From Candidatus Dojkabacteria bacterium (GTDB taxonomy: Bacteria > Patescibacteriota > Dojkabacteria > SC72): DNA of 64,000 bases. Below the pieces are notes generated by a model that saw only the letters and a program-made list of their open reading frames with translations, had not been told where the DNA came from and searched no databases. This document shows, piece by piece, positions 27,647 to 38,979 of the stretch. Every line of letters starts with the position of its first letter. The first letter of the stretch is position 1. Both the position numbers and the translations under genes were made by a program. The stretch covers positions 2,532 through 66,531 of the forward strand of contig DUTP01000003.1 of the NCBI GenBank assembly GCA_012842045.1. The letters are read 5' to 3'.

Positions 27647-28780
27647 ATGTCAGATTCTTTACTAGTAATTATTGCATTGGTTGGAGGTGTACTCTTGGGA
27701 GTAGGTATTTCTTTTCTTTTTAAAAGGGGAAGCAAGAAAGCAACTGAAGAGATGGAGGATAGTATTAGTAACAAACTAAATGAGTTACTTCCTGATGTTT
27801 TGAGTAAGGCTAATGAAGATTTAGTAAGGATGGCGAATGAGAAACTTTCTTCAGAGACAAAGCAAAACAGGGTAGATTTAGAGAATAAGCGAGAGGAGAT
27901 TACTAGGATAGTAAAGGAGATGGAGAAATATATGAAAGGGGCAGAGAAAGAGAGGATTGATACATACTCGGCTCTTAAAACTTCTGTTGATGAGAGTAGA
28001 AAGATTACAGAGCAACTATCTGTTAGTACAGAAGGTTTGAAGAAGGTTCTGTCTGATAATCAAGTTAGAGGTCAGTTTGGTGAGCAGGTAGCAGAAGATC
28101 TTCTTAAGATGGCAGGTTTTGTAAAAGGTGTAGATTATGAATTTAACAAACAGCAGGAAGGTACAAAGACTAGACCTGATTTTTCTGTATTTCTTCCTGA
28201 TGGGACAAGAATTAATGTTGATTCTAAATTTCCATATGCCAATTTACAAAAAATGTCCGAAACTGATGATAAGGGGATGAAGTTAGCATATATGAAAGAT
28301 TTTGAAAAAGATGTTAGAGAGAAGATTAAACAGGTAACATCTAGAGACTATATTAGTCCTGAGGATAATACCGTAGATTTTGTTATTCTTTTTATTCCAA
28401 ACGAGATGATCTTTTCATATATTTATGACAAGATGCCAGAGATTTGTCAGGAAGCAGTAGAGAAGAGGGTGGTCTTGGCTGGTCCTTTTAGTTTTACAGC
28501 TATGTTAAGGATGATTAGGCAGTCATATGAGAATTTTAGAGTACAGAAGAATATTCATAATATAATTGGTCATGTAAAAGAGTTTGAGAAAGAATTTGGT
28601 GTCTTTTCAGAAGCATTTTATAAAATAGGGGACAGATTAGATAGCTTACATAAGCAATATACTGATGTTAGTACTACAAGATTTAGACAGCTAGAGAGGA
28701 AAATAGATAAAGTTAAGTTAGAGGGTCTGGATAAACAACAAACAGAACAACTACTCGTAGACATAAAAAAAGAGGAATAG
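27647..28780 (+). CDS. rmuC: DNA recombination protein RmuC
   Basis: TM plus coiled coil, RGQFGE, RPD...LP, VDSKFP, FVILFIPNE. Confidence 0.9.
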   Translation: MSDSLLVIIALVGGVLLGVGISFLFKRGSKKATEEMEDSISNKLNELLPDVLSKANEDLVRMANEKLSSETKQNRVDLENKREEITRIVKEMEKYMKGAEKERIDTYSALKTSVDESRKITEQLSVSTEGLKKVLSDNQVRGQFGEQVAEDLLKMAGFVKGVDYEFNKQQEGTKTRPDFSVFLPDGTRINVDSKFPYANLQKMSETDDKGMKLAYMKDFEKDVREKIKQVTSRDYISPEDNTVDFVILFIPNEMIFSYIYDKMPEICQEAVEKRVVLAGPFSFTAMLRMIRQSYENFRVQKNIHNIIGHVKEFEKEFGVFSEAFYKIGDRLDSLHKQYTDVSTTRFRQLERKIDKVKLEGLDKQQTEQLLVDIKKEE

Positions 28781-28796
28781 TGATATTCCTCTTTTT
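28765..28796. terminator. Bidirectional intrinsic terminator
   Basis: AAAAAGAGGAATA-GTGA-TATTCCTCTTTTT between convergent genes. Confidence 0.75.
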
Positions 28797-28834
28797 CATT
28801 GACCTACTTACTTACTAGTTTATTACTTTGTTAC

Positions 28835-29470
28835 TTATTTATTTGCAGGTTTAGCTTTACCCCAAGCTAAGATTCCCCAAAGAACAATTGCTCCAATAGG
28901 AATTAATGTTAAGAGTCCTAGTAACTTCTCATGTCCTAATTTCTCACAAATCTTTATTGTAACAATTACTGTAAGTACCATGATTACTACTGAACCAACA
29001 ATTGGAATTAGTCCTAGAAGTAATAGCCAAGGGTTTTGTTCACCTAATTGGAATTTGAGTACTAAGTTTAGTATAGGTACCCATGCAAACCATGACTTTG
29101 GATGTCCTAATTTGTCAGCAACCTTTTTAAGTGTAATTGCACTGTAAATATATGTTGCTAAGGAAATTATTATAGCTGTAATATAGATACCAGCAAAGGC
29201 GAGTGCAGAAGCTCCTCCTATTAAACCGAGCAAAGGTCCTGAGATATCTTCTATATTACTATCACTAATTTCTTCTTTTAAATTTTCTAATGATACTTCT
29301 GTAGAATCTATAAGTTTACCATTCTCATACGTATCAAACATTTGGTCAAAATCAAAATCTTCTTCATATTCTATCTCGCCAATACTTTGGGCAAAAGTGC
29401 TTTCTGTATACACAAAAGGTATAAAGAGGATAAGCATAACTGCTAGTAAAATGTTTTTTACTTTCTTCAT
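28835..29470 (-). CDS. DUF5684-like membrane protein
   Basis: K.G...W.AWVPILN...G..PW.LLL.LIP pattern. Confidence 0.65.
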   Translation of the reverse strand: MKKVKNILLAVMLILFIPFVYTESTFAQSIGEIEYEEDFDFDQMFDTYENGKLIDSTEVSLENLKEEISDSNIEDISGPLLGLIGGASALAFAGIYITAIIISLATYIYSAITLKKVADKLGHPKSWFAWVPILNLVLKFQLGEQNPWLLLLGLIPIVGSVVIMVLTVIVTIKICEKLGHEKLLGLLTLIPIGAIVLWGILAWGKAKPANK

Positions 29471-29556
29471 ATATTAAAAAATAAAATTATATTCTTCATA
29501 TTCTAATGTATTTTGAAAAGTATGACAATATTTAAATAATATGCTAGATTGTATAT

Positions 29557-30144
29557 ATGAAAGAAGAATTTACAGTTATAGAAGGGAAGAGACCATTACT
29601 TCTCTCTGCACCACACAACTCTTTACATAAGAGGCCCAATCTTAGTGGTAGATATAGACAAGCTGAGGAATTTACAGGTGAGATAGTAAAAGAAGTTTGT
29701 GCTTTAACTGGTGCATGGGGTATATATCTATCCAAAAATATTGATTATGACCCTAGCTATTTCCCATTAGTTAGAAATCCATACAAAAAAGCAGTCAAGA
29801 GAATCTGTGAAGGAAATGATATTAAATATTTTATCGATATCCACGGAATGGCACTTGATAGTCATTTAGATTTTGCTTTTTACTATCCTTTAGGGTTTAG
29901 GAATTCAAAAAATCTAACATCATTATTAGAAGCAAATTTAGCAAAAGGGAAACTAGATGGTTGTAGTACAGTTGTGTATAATTTTCCTGAATCTTCGAGG
30001 GAAAGTCTTGGAGAATTTCTTGCTTCGAAACTTAGAATACCTTCCTCACAGATTGAGATAGCGAGATATATTCGAGAAGAAAAAGAACTTAGAGAAGTGT
30101 TTGTAAAAAATCTTGCAGATGTAATTACTAAATATTTTGTATAA
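29557..30144 (+). CDS. Zn-dependent amidohydrolase (N-formylglutamate amidohydrolase-like)
   Basis: LLSAPH, IDIHG, QIEI motifs. Confidence 0.6.
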   Translation: MKEEFTVIEGKRPLLLSAPHNSLHKRPNLSGRYRQAEEFTGEIVKEVCALTGAWGIYLSKNIDYDPSYFPLVRNPYKKAVKRICEGNDIKYFIDIHGMALDSHLDFAFYYPLGFRNSKNLTSLLEANLAKGKLDGCSTVVYNFPESSRESLGEFLASKLRIPSSQIEIARYIREEKELREVFVKNLADVITKYFV

Positions 30145-30241
30145 AGAAATTAACCGTTAATTAAATATTTCTCCATCACTCTTTACTCTCAAGTCCCTCT
30201 CTGTTATCCTTAAACATATCTAAATTGACTACCCTATAAAA

Positions 30242-31261
30242 ATGGCAGAAGAAAAGAAAAGTACGGCAAAAACAGCTGTTGAGTCTCCTAAGAAAAAAGC
30301 AATTGATATAGCTGTCTCTCAGATTGAGAAGCAGTTTGGTAAAGGCTCCATTATGAAACTAGGAGATGAGAAAAAAATAGATATTGATGTGATCCCAACA
30401 GGTGCTCTTTCATTGGATTTAGCACTAGGCATAGGAGGTGTTCCTAAAGGTAGAATTGTTGAAATTTACGGCCCTGAATCTTCTGGTAAGACAACTTTGG
30501 CTTTACATATTTTGGCAGAAGCTCAAAAGAAGGGTGAAGCAGTCGCTTTCATTGATGCAGAGCATGCTTTTGATCCTGTATATGCTAAGAACATAGGTCT
30601 TGATATTGATAATCTTTACATCTCACAGCCAGATTTTGGAGAGCAAGCATTAGAGATTCTTGAAACTTTAGTTAGATCTGCAGCTTTTGGTGTAATTGTA
30701 GTTGACTCTGTAGCAGCATTGACACCAAGAGCAGAGATAGAAGGAGATATGGGAGATAGTCATATGGGTCTTCAAGCTAGGTTAATGTCCCAAGCTCTTA
30801 GGAAGATAACAGCTGTTGCTAGTAAGAGTGGAACAACAATTATTTTCCTCAATCAGTTGAGAATGAAGATTGGAATAATGTTTGGTAATCCTGAGACAAC
30901 AACTGGTGGTAATGCTTTGAAGTTCTACTCCTCAATTAGAATGGATATTAGACAGAAGGACAAAATTATGAAAGATGGTGTAGTGATAGGTCATTCTAGA
31001 AGAGTTAAAGTTGTGAAGAACAAGATGGCACCTCCTTTCAAAGAAGCTACATTTAATATGATATATCCAATGGGTATTGATAAAGAGAGTAGTATTTTAG
31101 ATGCTGCTATAGAATTAGGAATTGTAGAGAAATCTGGTTCTTGGATGAAGTATGGAAATGAACAGTTAGCACAAGGTCGAGATGCAGTTATAGACCTTCT
31201 AAAAACAGAAAAAAAGCTTTGTGCAAAGATAGAGAAGGATGTAAGAGCTACAATGAAATGA
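30242..31261 (+). CDS. recA: Recombinase A
   Basis: [35 protein letters not shown]. Confidence 0.99.
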   Translation: MAEEKKSTAKTAVESPKKKAIDIAVSQIEKQFGKGSIMKLGDEKKIDIDVIPTGALSLDLALGIGGVPKGRIVEIYGPESSGKTTLALHILAEAQKKGEAVAFIDAEHAFDPVYAKNIGLDIDNLYISQPDFGEQALEILETLVRSAAFGVIVVDSVAALTPRAEIEGDMGDSHMGLQARLMSQALRKITAVASKSGTTIIFLNQLRMKIGIMFGNPETTTGGNALKFYSSIRMDIRQKDKIMKDGVVIGHSRRVKVVKNKMAPPFKEATFNMIYPMGIDKESSILDAAIELGIVEKSGSWMKYGNEQLAQGRDAVIDLLKTEKKLCAKIEKDVRATMK

Positions 31262-31938
31262 AAATAAGTGCTCTATCAACTCAGAAAAAAGACAGTAACA
31301 GAGTAAATATGTTTCTTGATGGAGAGTTTGCATGTGGTATCTCTGTCAACACTATAGCTAAATATAATCTGTTTGTAGATAAGGAGATAACTTCTGATGA
31401 ATATCAAGAAATTTTGCTTTCAGATTTAGAAGAAAGACTTTTTAACAGAGCTGCAAACTATTTAAACAGGGCAATTAAAAGTAAGAGACAGGTAAAAACA
31501 TATATCAATACTTTGTTGATAAAAAAGAAAGGAAAATGGTTTTCTCATCTTGAGAATGAACAACAGAGAGGTTTAGTAGATAAGGTTCTTGCAAAACTAG
31601 AGGAATATTCTTACATTAATGACGGAGAGTATGCGGAGCAATTTATCCTCTCCAGAATTAAAAACAAACCAAGAGGAAAAGAAGTTTTACTCTCAGAGTT
31701 ATTATCCAAAGGTATATCTAAAGAATTAGCACAGGAGAAACTAGACCTTTTAGTTGAAGATGAATATGCTATGTTAGAACAAGCGTATAGAAAAAAGTTC
31801 AAAGATGCAAAACTACAAAAAGATGATAGGAAGAAGATAGACTATTTACTTAGGAAAGGCTTTAATTGGAGTTTAATTGAAACATTCATAGAAAATGAGT
31901 CTGAGAAGTATGGGAGAGTGGATACTCCCAGAAGGTAA
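31258..31938 (+). CDS. recX: Regulatory protein RecX
   Basis: ATGA overlap with recA; YIND.EYA, EL..KGI, YLLRKGF. Confidence 0.85.
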   Translation: MKISALSTQKKDSNRVNMFLDGEFACGISVNTIAKYNLFVDKEITSDEYQEILLSDLEERLFNRAANYLNRAIKSKRQVKTYINTLLIKKKGKWFSHLENEQQRGLVDKVLAKLEEYSYINDGEYAEQFILSRIKNKPRGKEVLLSELLSKGISKELAQEKLDLLVEDEYAMLEQAYRKKFKDAKLQKDDRKKIDYLLRKGFNWSLIETFIENESEKYGRVDTPRR

Positions 31939-33616
31939 AATTGAGGGTGATATTCTTAACTATCTTCTTAAGAAAAGAGGTATAGAAGATGTTGGAGGAT
32001 ATCTCTCTCCTTCTCTTAAGGATATTCCTTCATCCTCGAAACTTCATGATAGCGAAAGGGCTGCAAAAGAAATTCTCTCATCTGTTAAAAATGGAGAGAA
32101 GATTATCATTCATGGTGATTTTGACAGTGATGGTATATGTGCTAGCTCAATACTTTGGGAATTTCTCTACAGAGACCTAGCAACTTTCCTGGGACAAAAG
32201 ATAGATGTAATCCCATATATTCCTAGTAGGATAGAAGAGGGGTATGGTTTAACAGAAGACTCTCTCAACTCAGTACTTGAGCTCGGAGGGAAACTTTTAA
32301 TCTCTGTTGATTGTGGTGTTAGGGATGAGAAACTAATCAAAAAATATATGAAGGGTGGTGAAGGAAAGCAACCTTTGAAGATAGTTGTAACTGATCATCA
32401 CCAACCACCAGAAGATTTAAGTGAGGATTTAGAATATCCATTAGTACATCAGATGTATCCTAATCATGAATATCCATATACTCAAATATGTGGAACAGCA
32501 GTTGCATTTCTTCTAATACAAGAGATAAAAAAACAGGTTGGCATGGATTTTGAATTAACTCCAGAGACTAGGGGTTTAGATCTAATTGCTATGGCAACAA
32601 TTACAGATATAATGCCTCTGGTAGGGATAAACAGGATATTTGTTAAATATGGATTAGAACAGATTAGAAAAAGAAGTAGAAAAGGTTTAAACCATCTATG
32701 TCTAAGAGCTGGTCTTAATCCTGAAGATGTAAATTCATATCATCTAGGGTATGTTCTAGGTCCTAGAATCAATGCTGCAGGAAGAATAGGTTCTCCTCTA
32801 GATGCTGTTAAACTACTAGTTAGTAATGATGACAAACTATGTCAAGATATAGCAGAGGAATTAGAGAAACTTAATTTTGAAAGACAACAGTTAACTACAA
32901 ATACAAAGGAAGAGGCATTGGTTTTGATAGGGGATGTTTCTAAAAATAACGCTATTTTTGTTCTTGGTAGTGAATGGCATGATGGAATCATTGGTCTTGT
33001 TGCTGGAAAACTACAAGAAGAGTATCACAGACCTGTTATTGTAGCTACTGAGAACACAGATACTGTAAAAGGGTCTGCAAGGAGTATCTCTGGCTTTAAT
33101 ATTACTGAAGCATTAGGAGAGTTATCAAAATATTTAGAAAGATATGGCGGTCATGAATTAGCTGCTGGTTTTACTGCCAAAAAAGATTTAGTTAATGAAT
33201 TTAAAGAAGAATTCATTAAGTTTGCAAACAAACAGATTAAGAAAGAACAACTAATATCAAGAACAGAAGTAGATTTACTACTTAACACGAGTAATATTAC
33301 TAAAAAACTTGTTGAACAACTCTCATTACTTGAACCATTAGGCTTTAAAAATCCAAAACCAATAATATGTTTACAAGATTTGGTAATTGTAACTAAAACA
33401 GTTATGGGTACAGAGAAGAATCATCTAAAACTTCTTGTTAAAGGTGATGGTATAGATTTACTTCAGTTAGTTCTTTTCAATGTTGAAGATGATATTGATG
33501 TTTTAGAGAAAGATACGGTAATTGATGTAATAGGGTATCCAGATATCAATGTTTGGAATAATGTTGAGAGTATACAGTTTAAAGTGAAGGAGTGGAGGTT
33601 TACAGAGGAGAACTAG
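31895..33616 (+). CDS. recJ: ssDNA exonuclease RecJ (start may be 31910)
   Basis: GDFDSDG, DCG, TDHH, GPRINAAGR, GSARS, GGHELAAG. Confidence 0.95.
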   Translation: MSLRSMGEWILPEGKIEGDILNYLLKKRGIEDVGGYLSPSLKDIPSSSKLHDSERAAKEILSSVKNGEKIIIHGDFDSDGICASSILWEFLYRDLATFLGQKIDVIPYIPSRIEEGYGLTEDSLNSVLELGGKLLISVDCGVRDEKLIKKYMKGGEGKQPLKIVVTDHHQPPEDLSEDLEYPLVHQMYPNHEYPYTQICGTAVAFLLIQEIKKQVGMDFELTPETRGLDLIAMATITDIMPLVGINRIFVKYGLEQIRKRSRKGLNHLCLRAGLNPEDVNSYHLGYVLGPRINAAGRIGSPLDAVKLLVSNDDKLCQDIAEELEKLNFERQQLTTNTKEEALVLIGDVSKNNAIFVLGSEWHDGIIGLVAGKLQEEYHRPVIVATENTDTVKGSARSISGFNITEALGELSKYLERYGGHELAAGFTAKKDLVNEFKEEFIKFANKQIKKEQLISRTEVDLLLNTSNITKKLVEQLSLLEPLGFKNPKPIICLQDLVIVTKTVMGTEKNHLKLLVKGDGIDLLQLVLFNVEDDIDVLEKDTVIDVIGYPDINVWNNVESIQFKVKEWRFTEEN

Positions 33617-34971
33617 TTTTTCTTTTTCTCTTCTTTTGGGATCTTTGCTATTAACTTTCCTAACCTATTTGGTGTATTAGGTAGATATGTAGACTCTAAA
33701 ACAGAGTGAAGATCTAATAGCTTCATTAAGAATCTCTCTGTTCCCATCCCAAAACCACCGTGTGGAGGACAACCATACTTAAAGTAATCAAAATATTCCT
33801 CAAGTTCTTCTAAGTGTATACCTCTCTCTTCTGCATTCTTTCTTAACTCTTCATATCTATGCTCTCTTTGTGAACCAGTAGTTATTTCAAGCCCTTTCCA
33901 GAAAAGATCAAAACCTAAGGCTAGGGTAGGGTTCTCTGGATTCTTCATATGATAGAAAGCTCTCTGTCTATGGGGATAATCAATCATAAATACAAATTCA
34001 GAACCTGTTTCTTCTAAAGCAATCTCTCCAATAGCTCTCTCTTCCTCTGGTGAGAAATCTCCCTCATCTTTACTTGGAATACCTTTTGTCTTTAGTTTCT
34101 CTTTTGCTTCTTTTACTGTCCAGTATGGGAAATCACCCTCAGGTACAACAACATCTACACCAAAAACCTCTTTAATCTCATCTCCAAAATTCTCTTTTAC
34201 AGCTTTTAATCCAGCCTTAATCATCTCTTGCTCAAAATGACAAACATCTTTGTATGAATCAATGTATGATAGTTCAACATCAAAGCTAGTATATTCAGTT
34301 AGGTGTCTTGTTGTAAATGATTTCTCTGCTCTAAATACTGGTCCAATACTAACAACTCTCTCAATATCAGCAGCCATTGCCATCTGTTTATGAAACTGTG
34401 GAGATTGTGCTAAATATGCTTTTCTATCAAAATATTTAACTTCAAATACATTTGCACCACCTTCACTAGCAGCACTAATCATTTTAGGAGGATATATCTC
34501 TTCACAACCATTTTTAATACAAAACTCTCTCATTGCTTCAATTGCAACAGTAGACACCTCTATCATCAAATGATTCTTTTTTGATCTAAGGTCTATCCAT
34601 CTGTAGTCAAGCCTTTGATCAAGTGCAGTAAGATTATCAGAATATTCTCCTTCAATTACGATGGGTAGTGGTGTTTCTGCAAGGGAATCAATTATGATGT
34701 CTTTGATCTCAACCTCATATCCCACAGCTACTTGTTTAGCTTCATTTACAACTCCTTTAATATCAACGATTGATTCATGGGTTAAACTTTTAACCTTACT
34801 AAAGAGTTCTTCTCCATTACCAACCCAACAAACAGCTTGAACAATCCCTGTTTTATCTCGAACAAGGAGGAAAATTATTTTTCCTTGGTCTCTAATAGTG
34901 TCAACTCTTCCTCTGATTCTTACTTCTTGACCTATATTGTTTTTTAAGTCTCCTATTAAAAATCTTTTCAT
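33613..34971 (-). CDS. aspS: Archaeal-type (likely non-discriminating) aspartyl-tRNA synthetase
   Basis: OB-fold, EGGA..F, LAQSPQ, FRAEKS.T.RHL.E, GCPPHGGFG; short form without GAD insert. Confidence 0.9.
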   Translation of the reverse strand: MKRFLIGDLKNNIGQEVRIRGRVDTIRDQGKIIFLLVRDKTGIVQAVCWVGNGEELFSKVKSLTHESIVDIKGVVNEAKQVAVGYEVEIKDIIIDSLAETPLPIVIEGEYSDNLTALDQRLDYRWIDLRSKKNHLMIEVSTVAIEAMREFCIKNGCEEIYPPKMISAASEGGANVFEVKYFDRKAYLAQSPQFHKQMAMAADIERVVSIGPVFRAEKSFTTRHLTEYTSFDVELSYIDSYKDVCHFEQEMIKAGLKAVKENFGDEIKEVFGVDVVVPEGDFPYWTVKEAKEKLKTKGIPSKDEGDFSPEEERAIGEIALEETGSEFVFMIDYPHRQRAFYHMKNPENPTLALGFDLFWKGLEITTGSQREHRYEELRKNAEERGIHLEELEEYFDYFKYGCPPHGGFGMGTERFLMKLLDLHSVLESTYLPNTPNRLGKLIAKIPKEEKKKN

Positions 34972-34999
34972 ATTCTGGCAATTATACACCCAAACTTAT

Positions 35000-36349
35000 T
35001 TAGAAAAAAGTGTCTTTTTTCTCGACTTCTTCTTCAGGTGGTGGGGTAGATACTCTCTTATTCTGTATATTATCATAATCAATTGCGGGGTAGTAAATGT
35101 CAAAATCTCCTTTCATACCATCGGCAAATTCTGCTTCTCCTGAGAAAAGGTAAACAGGAACAAGAAATTCTTGTTCCTCTGGGGTTTCGTAGTATACAAT
35201 CCTAACATTCTCTGTGATTGTAAATCTCTTAACATTTTTTTGCATGTACTCAGAAACAAAATCGCCATCTTTTTCATAAAGATATACAATTTTCCCTTCT
35301 CCTGCCATTACCTTGTCAAGAGCAGCTTGTGTAGTTATTAATGGGTATGTACCACAACTATCTGGGAATACTGGCCAGTATGTAAAATCTATTTGATACA
35401 AAGATCTAAGATTAGATTGTAACTTACTTTCTTTGTTCTCAGGTCCAATATATACACTAATATTAGTGTCTTGTATGCGAGGCAGAGTTACCAAAGCATC
35501 GAATGTATATATATCAACTTTCTTGTCATTAATAGTTGTGGCAACCTTTGTTGGTTCTTTTCCAACAGCTTTAATCATTTCTTTAACCATCTCTTCAGCA
35601 CCAACAAGATTAGAACTAATTGTTATCATTGATTTCTCTCTTCTAAAGTTTACCCTTATCAAATCTGCTTGAGATAGAGAAGCTGCTTTGCGATATGTTC
35701 CATCTGAATTGATTCGAATATATGTAATACCAATACTGTCTTCTGATGTGTTCTGCATAGTATCATCAAGTTTGCCAAGTGAACTTAGAATACTTCTTGC
35801 TCTGGTCTTTGCTGTTGCTTCATCAGGTAAGGTTCCACCGTAATGGTCTGAAACCATTCTCATCTGTTGAACATCAGTTTCTAACCTAAAGTTCATATTC
35901 CTTTTGTAAACAGTTAGCCTTCTTTTATTCACAGGATCTCTCCATACATATACATCTTGGTCGTCTCCAGTCATTTTCTCTTTATCAAACCCTAGTCTAG
36001 CAGCAATATTTTCTGCCTCAAACAATGCTTGAGAGGATTGTGTTTTAAGATCATATTTATATACGTTAATAATGGATGGTAGAGTATTAACCTTCCCTGT
36101 GTCTGTATTGACACTAAAGAGGGCTTCAGATGCAGGGTCTATCTCTAAAGATGGTATGTCTAATAGTGCTTTCTCCAAGAATTCTTCTTTTGTATCCGTA
36201 CAAGCGTAGTTTGGAATTAGGTACTCTTCTGGAGGTTTGATTTTTTTAGGCCAGAAAATGATAGACAGGGTGATACCGACGATAAGGATTGCAATTATCG
36301 CTATCACACCTAATCTTCTTGTCCAGAAAGACGCCTCTGTTAATGTCAT
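35000..36349 (-). CDS. Hypothetical membrane-anchored extracytoplasmic protein
   Basis: 449-aa ORF with one N-terminal TM helix. Confidence 0.75.
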   Translation of the reverse strand: MTLTEASFWTRRLGVIAIIAILIVGITLSIIFWPKKIKPPEEYLIPNYACTDTKEEFLEKALLDIPSLEIDPASEALFSVNTDTGKVNTLPSIINVYKYDLKTQSSQALFEAENIAARLGFDKEKMTGDDQDVYVWRDPVNKRRLTVYKRNMNFRLETDVQQMRMVSDHYGGTLPDEATAKTRARSILSSLGKLDDTMQNTSEDSIGITYIRINSDGTYRKAASLSQADLIRVNFRREKSMITISSNLVGAEEMVKEMIKAVGKEPTKVATTINDKKVDIYTFDALVTLPRIQDTNISVYIGPENKESKLQSNLRSLYQIDFTYWPVFPDSCGTYPLITTQAALDKVMAGEGKIVYLYEKDGDFVSEYMQKNVKRFTITENVRIVYYETPEEQEFLVPVYLFSGEAEFADGMKGDFDIYYPAIDYDNIQNKRVSTPPPEEEVEKKDTFF

Positions 36350-36365
36350 GATATAATCTTACCAT

Positions 36366-38072
36366 ATGAGAACAAAAGATGAAAATATTAAGATAGCTAA
36401 ATTACTTTTTCCTGATGTAAAGGAAAAAGTAGATGATATTTTTAAAAAGTATCCAAAAAGGAATCTAGAAGAAGGAGCAATGGTTCTAAGATTTGCTCCA
36501 AGTCCAACAGGTTTCTTACACACAGGGTCGGTATATACAAGTATGGTTGGAGTAAAGTTAGCAAAACAGAGCAATGGAATTGCAATTTTAAGAATAGAGG
36601 ACACAGATAAGAAGAGGGAGGTGGAAGGTGGTATTTCTTTGATTGTTAACGGACTTAAAGGTTTTGGTATTGAATTTGATGAAGGTCCAATTAATGAAAC
36701 AGAACAAGTTGGTGAATATGGTCCATATATCCAAAGTCAAAGATTAGATATCTACAAAGTCTTTGCAAAAGATATGGTAGAGAAAGGTACCGCATATCCT
36801 TGTTTCATTACAGACGAGGAATTAGCAGAGATTAGAGAGAAGCAAGAAGAATTAGGAGTTAGAACAGGTTACTACGGTGATTGGGCTAAGTGGAGAAACG
36901 CAACTGTTGAGGAGATTGAAAAAGAAATCAAAGAAGGAAAATCTTTTGTAATTAGATTGTATTCTACTGGTGATATAGATAAGTCATTTGAAATGACAGA
37001 TAGGATTAAGGGTAGGTTTACACTTAGAGAGAATGATATGGATATTGTTTTACTTAAATCTGATGGTTTTCCTACATATCATTTTGCTCATCCAATTGAT
37101 GATACTTTAATGGGTATAACCTTAGTTATCAGAACAGAGGAGTGGTTTGCATCTGTTCCAATTCACTATGAACTTTTCCAAAAGTTAGGATTTAAACAGA
37201 TAGAGTATGCACATCCAGCACCTTTAATGAAGTTAGATAATGAAGGAAAGAGTAAGAGAAAGCTAAGTAAAAGGAAAGATCCTGAAGCAGATGTACAGTA
37301 TTACATAGAGAATGGTTATCCAAATGAAGCCATTATTGAATATTTCCTTACACTAGCAAATTCAAACTTCTATGATTGGAGGATTCAGAATTCCAATATA
37401 GATACTAATGAATTCCAATTGAAGTTAGAGAAGTTTAACAAGGCTGGAGCACTGTTTGATATTGTTAAGCTTGAAGATATTTGTAAGGATTACATTGCAA
37501 CTCTCTCTGCAGAAGAAATATATGGCAGGTCTCTTAATTGGGCAAGGGAATACGATGAGGAAGTAGCTAAGATATTAGAGGAGAACCAGGAATATTGTAT
37601 TAATATCTTTAATATTGAAAGAAGTGGACAGAAGATTAGAAAGGATATGGTTAAGTTTAAGGATAGTAAGGAACAATTAAGAATATTTTTTGACAGATTC
37701 TTTGATGAGGATAGCTATGAGGATATATCAAGTAGAGTAAGTAAGGATGTTCAGAAGGAGATAGTGCAGAAGTATATAAATATATATAACCCTGATGATG
37801 ATAGTACTGTTTGGTTTGATAATGTTAAGAAGTTAGGTGAGGAATTAGGTTTTTGTTCGGATAGGAAGGAGTATGAGACTAACAGAGAGAAATATAAGGG
37901 TACAGTAGGGGATATAGCTATGGTTCTTAGAGTAGCTATTACTAAAAAGACACAGAGTCCTGATCTTTATCAGGTTATGAATGTTTTAGGTAAAGAAAAA
38001 GTGGTTCAGAGATTGGAGAAGTATGCTGGGGAGATTTTGAAACAGAGAGAGTCCCATTGCCTTTTACCATAA
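36366..38072 (+). CDS. gltX: Glutamyl-tRNA synthetase
   Basis: RFAPSPTGFLHTG, RIEDTD, YIQSQR, KLSKRK. Confidence 0.95.
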   Translation: MRTKDENIKIAKLLFPDVKEKVDDIFKKYPKRNLEEGAMVLRFAPSPTGFLHTGSVYTSMVGVKLAKQSNGIAILRIEDTDKKREVEGGISLIVNGLKGFGIEFDEGPINETEQVGEYGPYIQSQRLDIYKVFAKDMVEKGTAYPCFITDEELAEIREKQEELGVRTGYYGDWAKWRNATVEEIEKEIKEGKSFVIRLYSTGDIDKSFEMTDRIKGRFTLRENDMDIVLLKSDGFPTYHFAHPIDDTLMGITLVIRTEEWFASVPIHYELFQKLGFKQIEYAHPAPLMKLDNEGKSKRKLSKRKDPEADVQYYIENGYPNEAIIEYFLTLANSNFYDWRIQNSNIDTNEFQLKLEKFNKAGALFDIVKLEDICKDYIATLSAEEIYGRSLNWAREYDEEVAKILEENQEYCINIFNIERSGQKIRKDMVKFKDSKEQLRIFFDRFFDEDSYEDISSRVSKDVQKEIVQKYINIYNPDDDSTVWFDNVKKLGEELGFCSDRKEYETNREKYKGTVGDIAMVLRVAITKKTQSPDLYQVMNVLGKEKVVQRLEKYAGEILKQRESHCLLP

Positions 38073-38179
38073 AAGGGGGTTCTCTCTCAGTTCTTAATTA
38101 TACCATTTTTTGTGCTTTAATCGCAAATTGAATTTTGTCTCATTACAACATATCTTTGTGATATAATGAATACTGATAC

Positions 38180-38250
38180 TGCCGGATCGTCTAATGGTAG
38201 GACGACGGTCTCTGGAACCGTTAATCCTAGTTCGAATCTAGGTCCGGCAA
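38180..38250 (+). tRNA. tRNA-Gln(CTG)
   Basis: TGCCGGA/TCCGGCA acceptor, ACGGT-CTCTGGA-ACCGT anticodon arm. Confidence 0.93.
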
Positions 38251-38275
38251 TATATTACTTTTAAAAACAAAAGTT

Positions 38276-38959
38276 ATGACAGAGAAATATGTACAAGATA
38301 GTTTCCCAGGATTTTTTGATGATCAAGTTAAGGAGAGTCAGGCAGAAGTCCAAAAAGAGTATACAGTTCAAGTTTCTGAGCAAGAGTATATACCTGAATT
38401 TAGTAGCACACAGGATTTCTATGAAAGTCCTAAAGGTCTACGAGTACAACATAACCCCTACAGTAGAAACTATCTTGCTCTTCTTGAAAAGAATCCTTTA
38501 GGAGATATTGTACAAAAGCCTGGTTTCTTACCAATTCTTAAAGAACAAATAGAATGTGTTAGAGCTATTGGAGGGAATAGTCTTGATTATACTAAACCTA
38601 TTCCAACTGCAGGTGAGTTTGCCAAAGAAGGCAATTCCTTTGTTGGTTTATACAGAAATGGATTTAGGGGTGGGATACCAGGAGGAGATGGGGAAATTTT
38701 TAGAGCAAACACAGAGTGTCATCTGATTCAAACTTCCTTTGATGAGAGAGGTAGAAAAACAATCAAAGTGATTAAACTTTCTATGCCTTCCTATGGAGCG
38801 AAAGAGGTAGATAGTATGTTTTTTGTTACAATTGGGAAACAAAGCAAAGCTAAGTCGAATTCTGAACTACAAAAGAGAATTATGGAATTTGAGGAGAATC
38901 CTAGATCTGCAAAACCAGGAACTTTACACACACTATTTCAAGAGTTAGAAAATTTGTAA
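38276..38959 (+). CDS. Hypothetical protein
   Basis: 227-aa ORF. Confidence 0.6.
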   Translation: MTEKYVQDSFPGFFDDQVKESQAEVQKEYTVQVSEQEYIPEFSSTQDFYESPKGLRVQHNPYSRNYLALLEKNPLGDIVQKPGFLPILKEQIECVRAIGGNSLDYTKPIPTAGEFAKEGNSFVGLYRNGFRGGIPGGDGEIFRANTECHLIQTSFDERGRKTIKVIKLSMPSYGAKEVDSMFFVTIGKQSKAKSNSELQKRIMEFEENPRSAKPGTLHTLFQELENL

Positions 38960-38979
38960 GAAAACATATACAGAAGAAA

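Noticed and set aside
38040-38095. gltX C-terminal tail QRESHCLLP overlapping a hairpin
   Set aside because: Probably a terminator overlapping the end of the gene; no sign of a separate element
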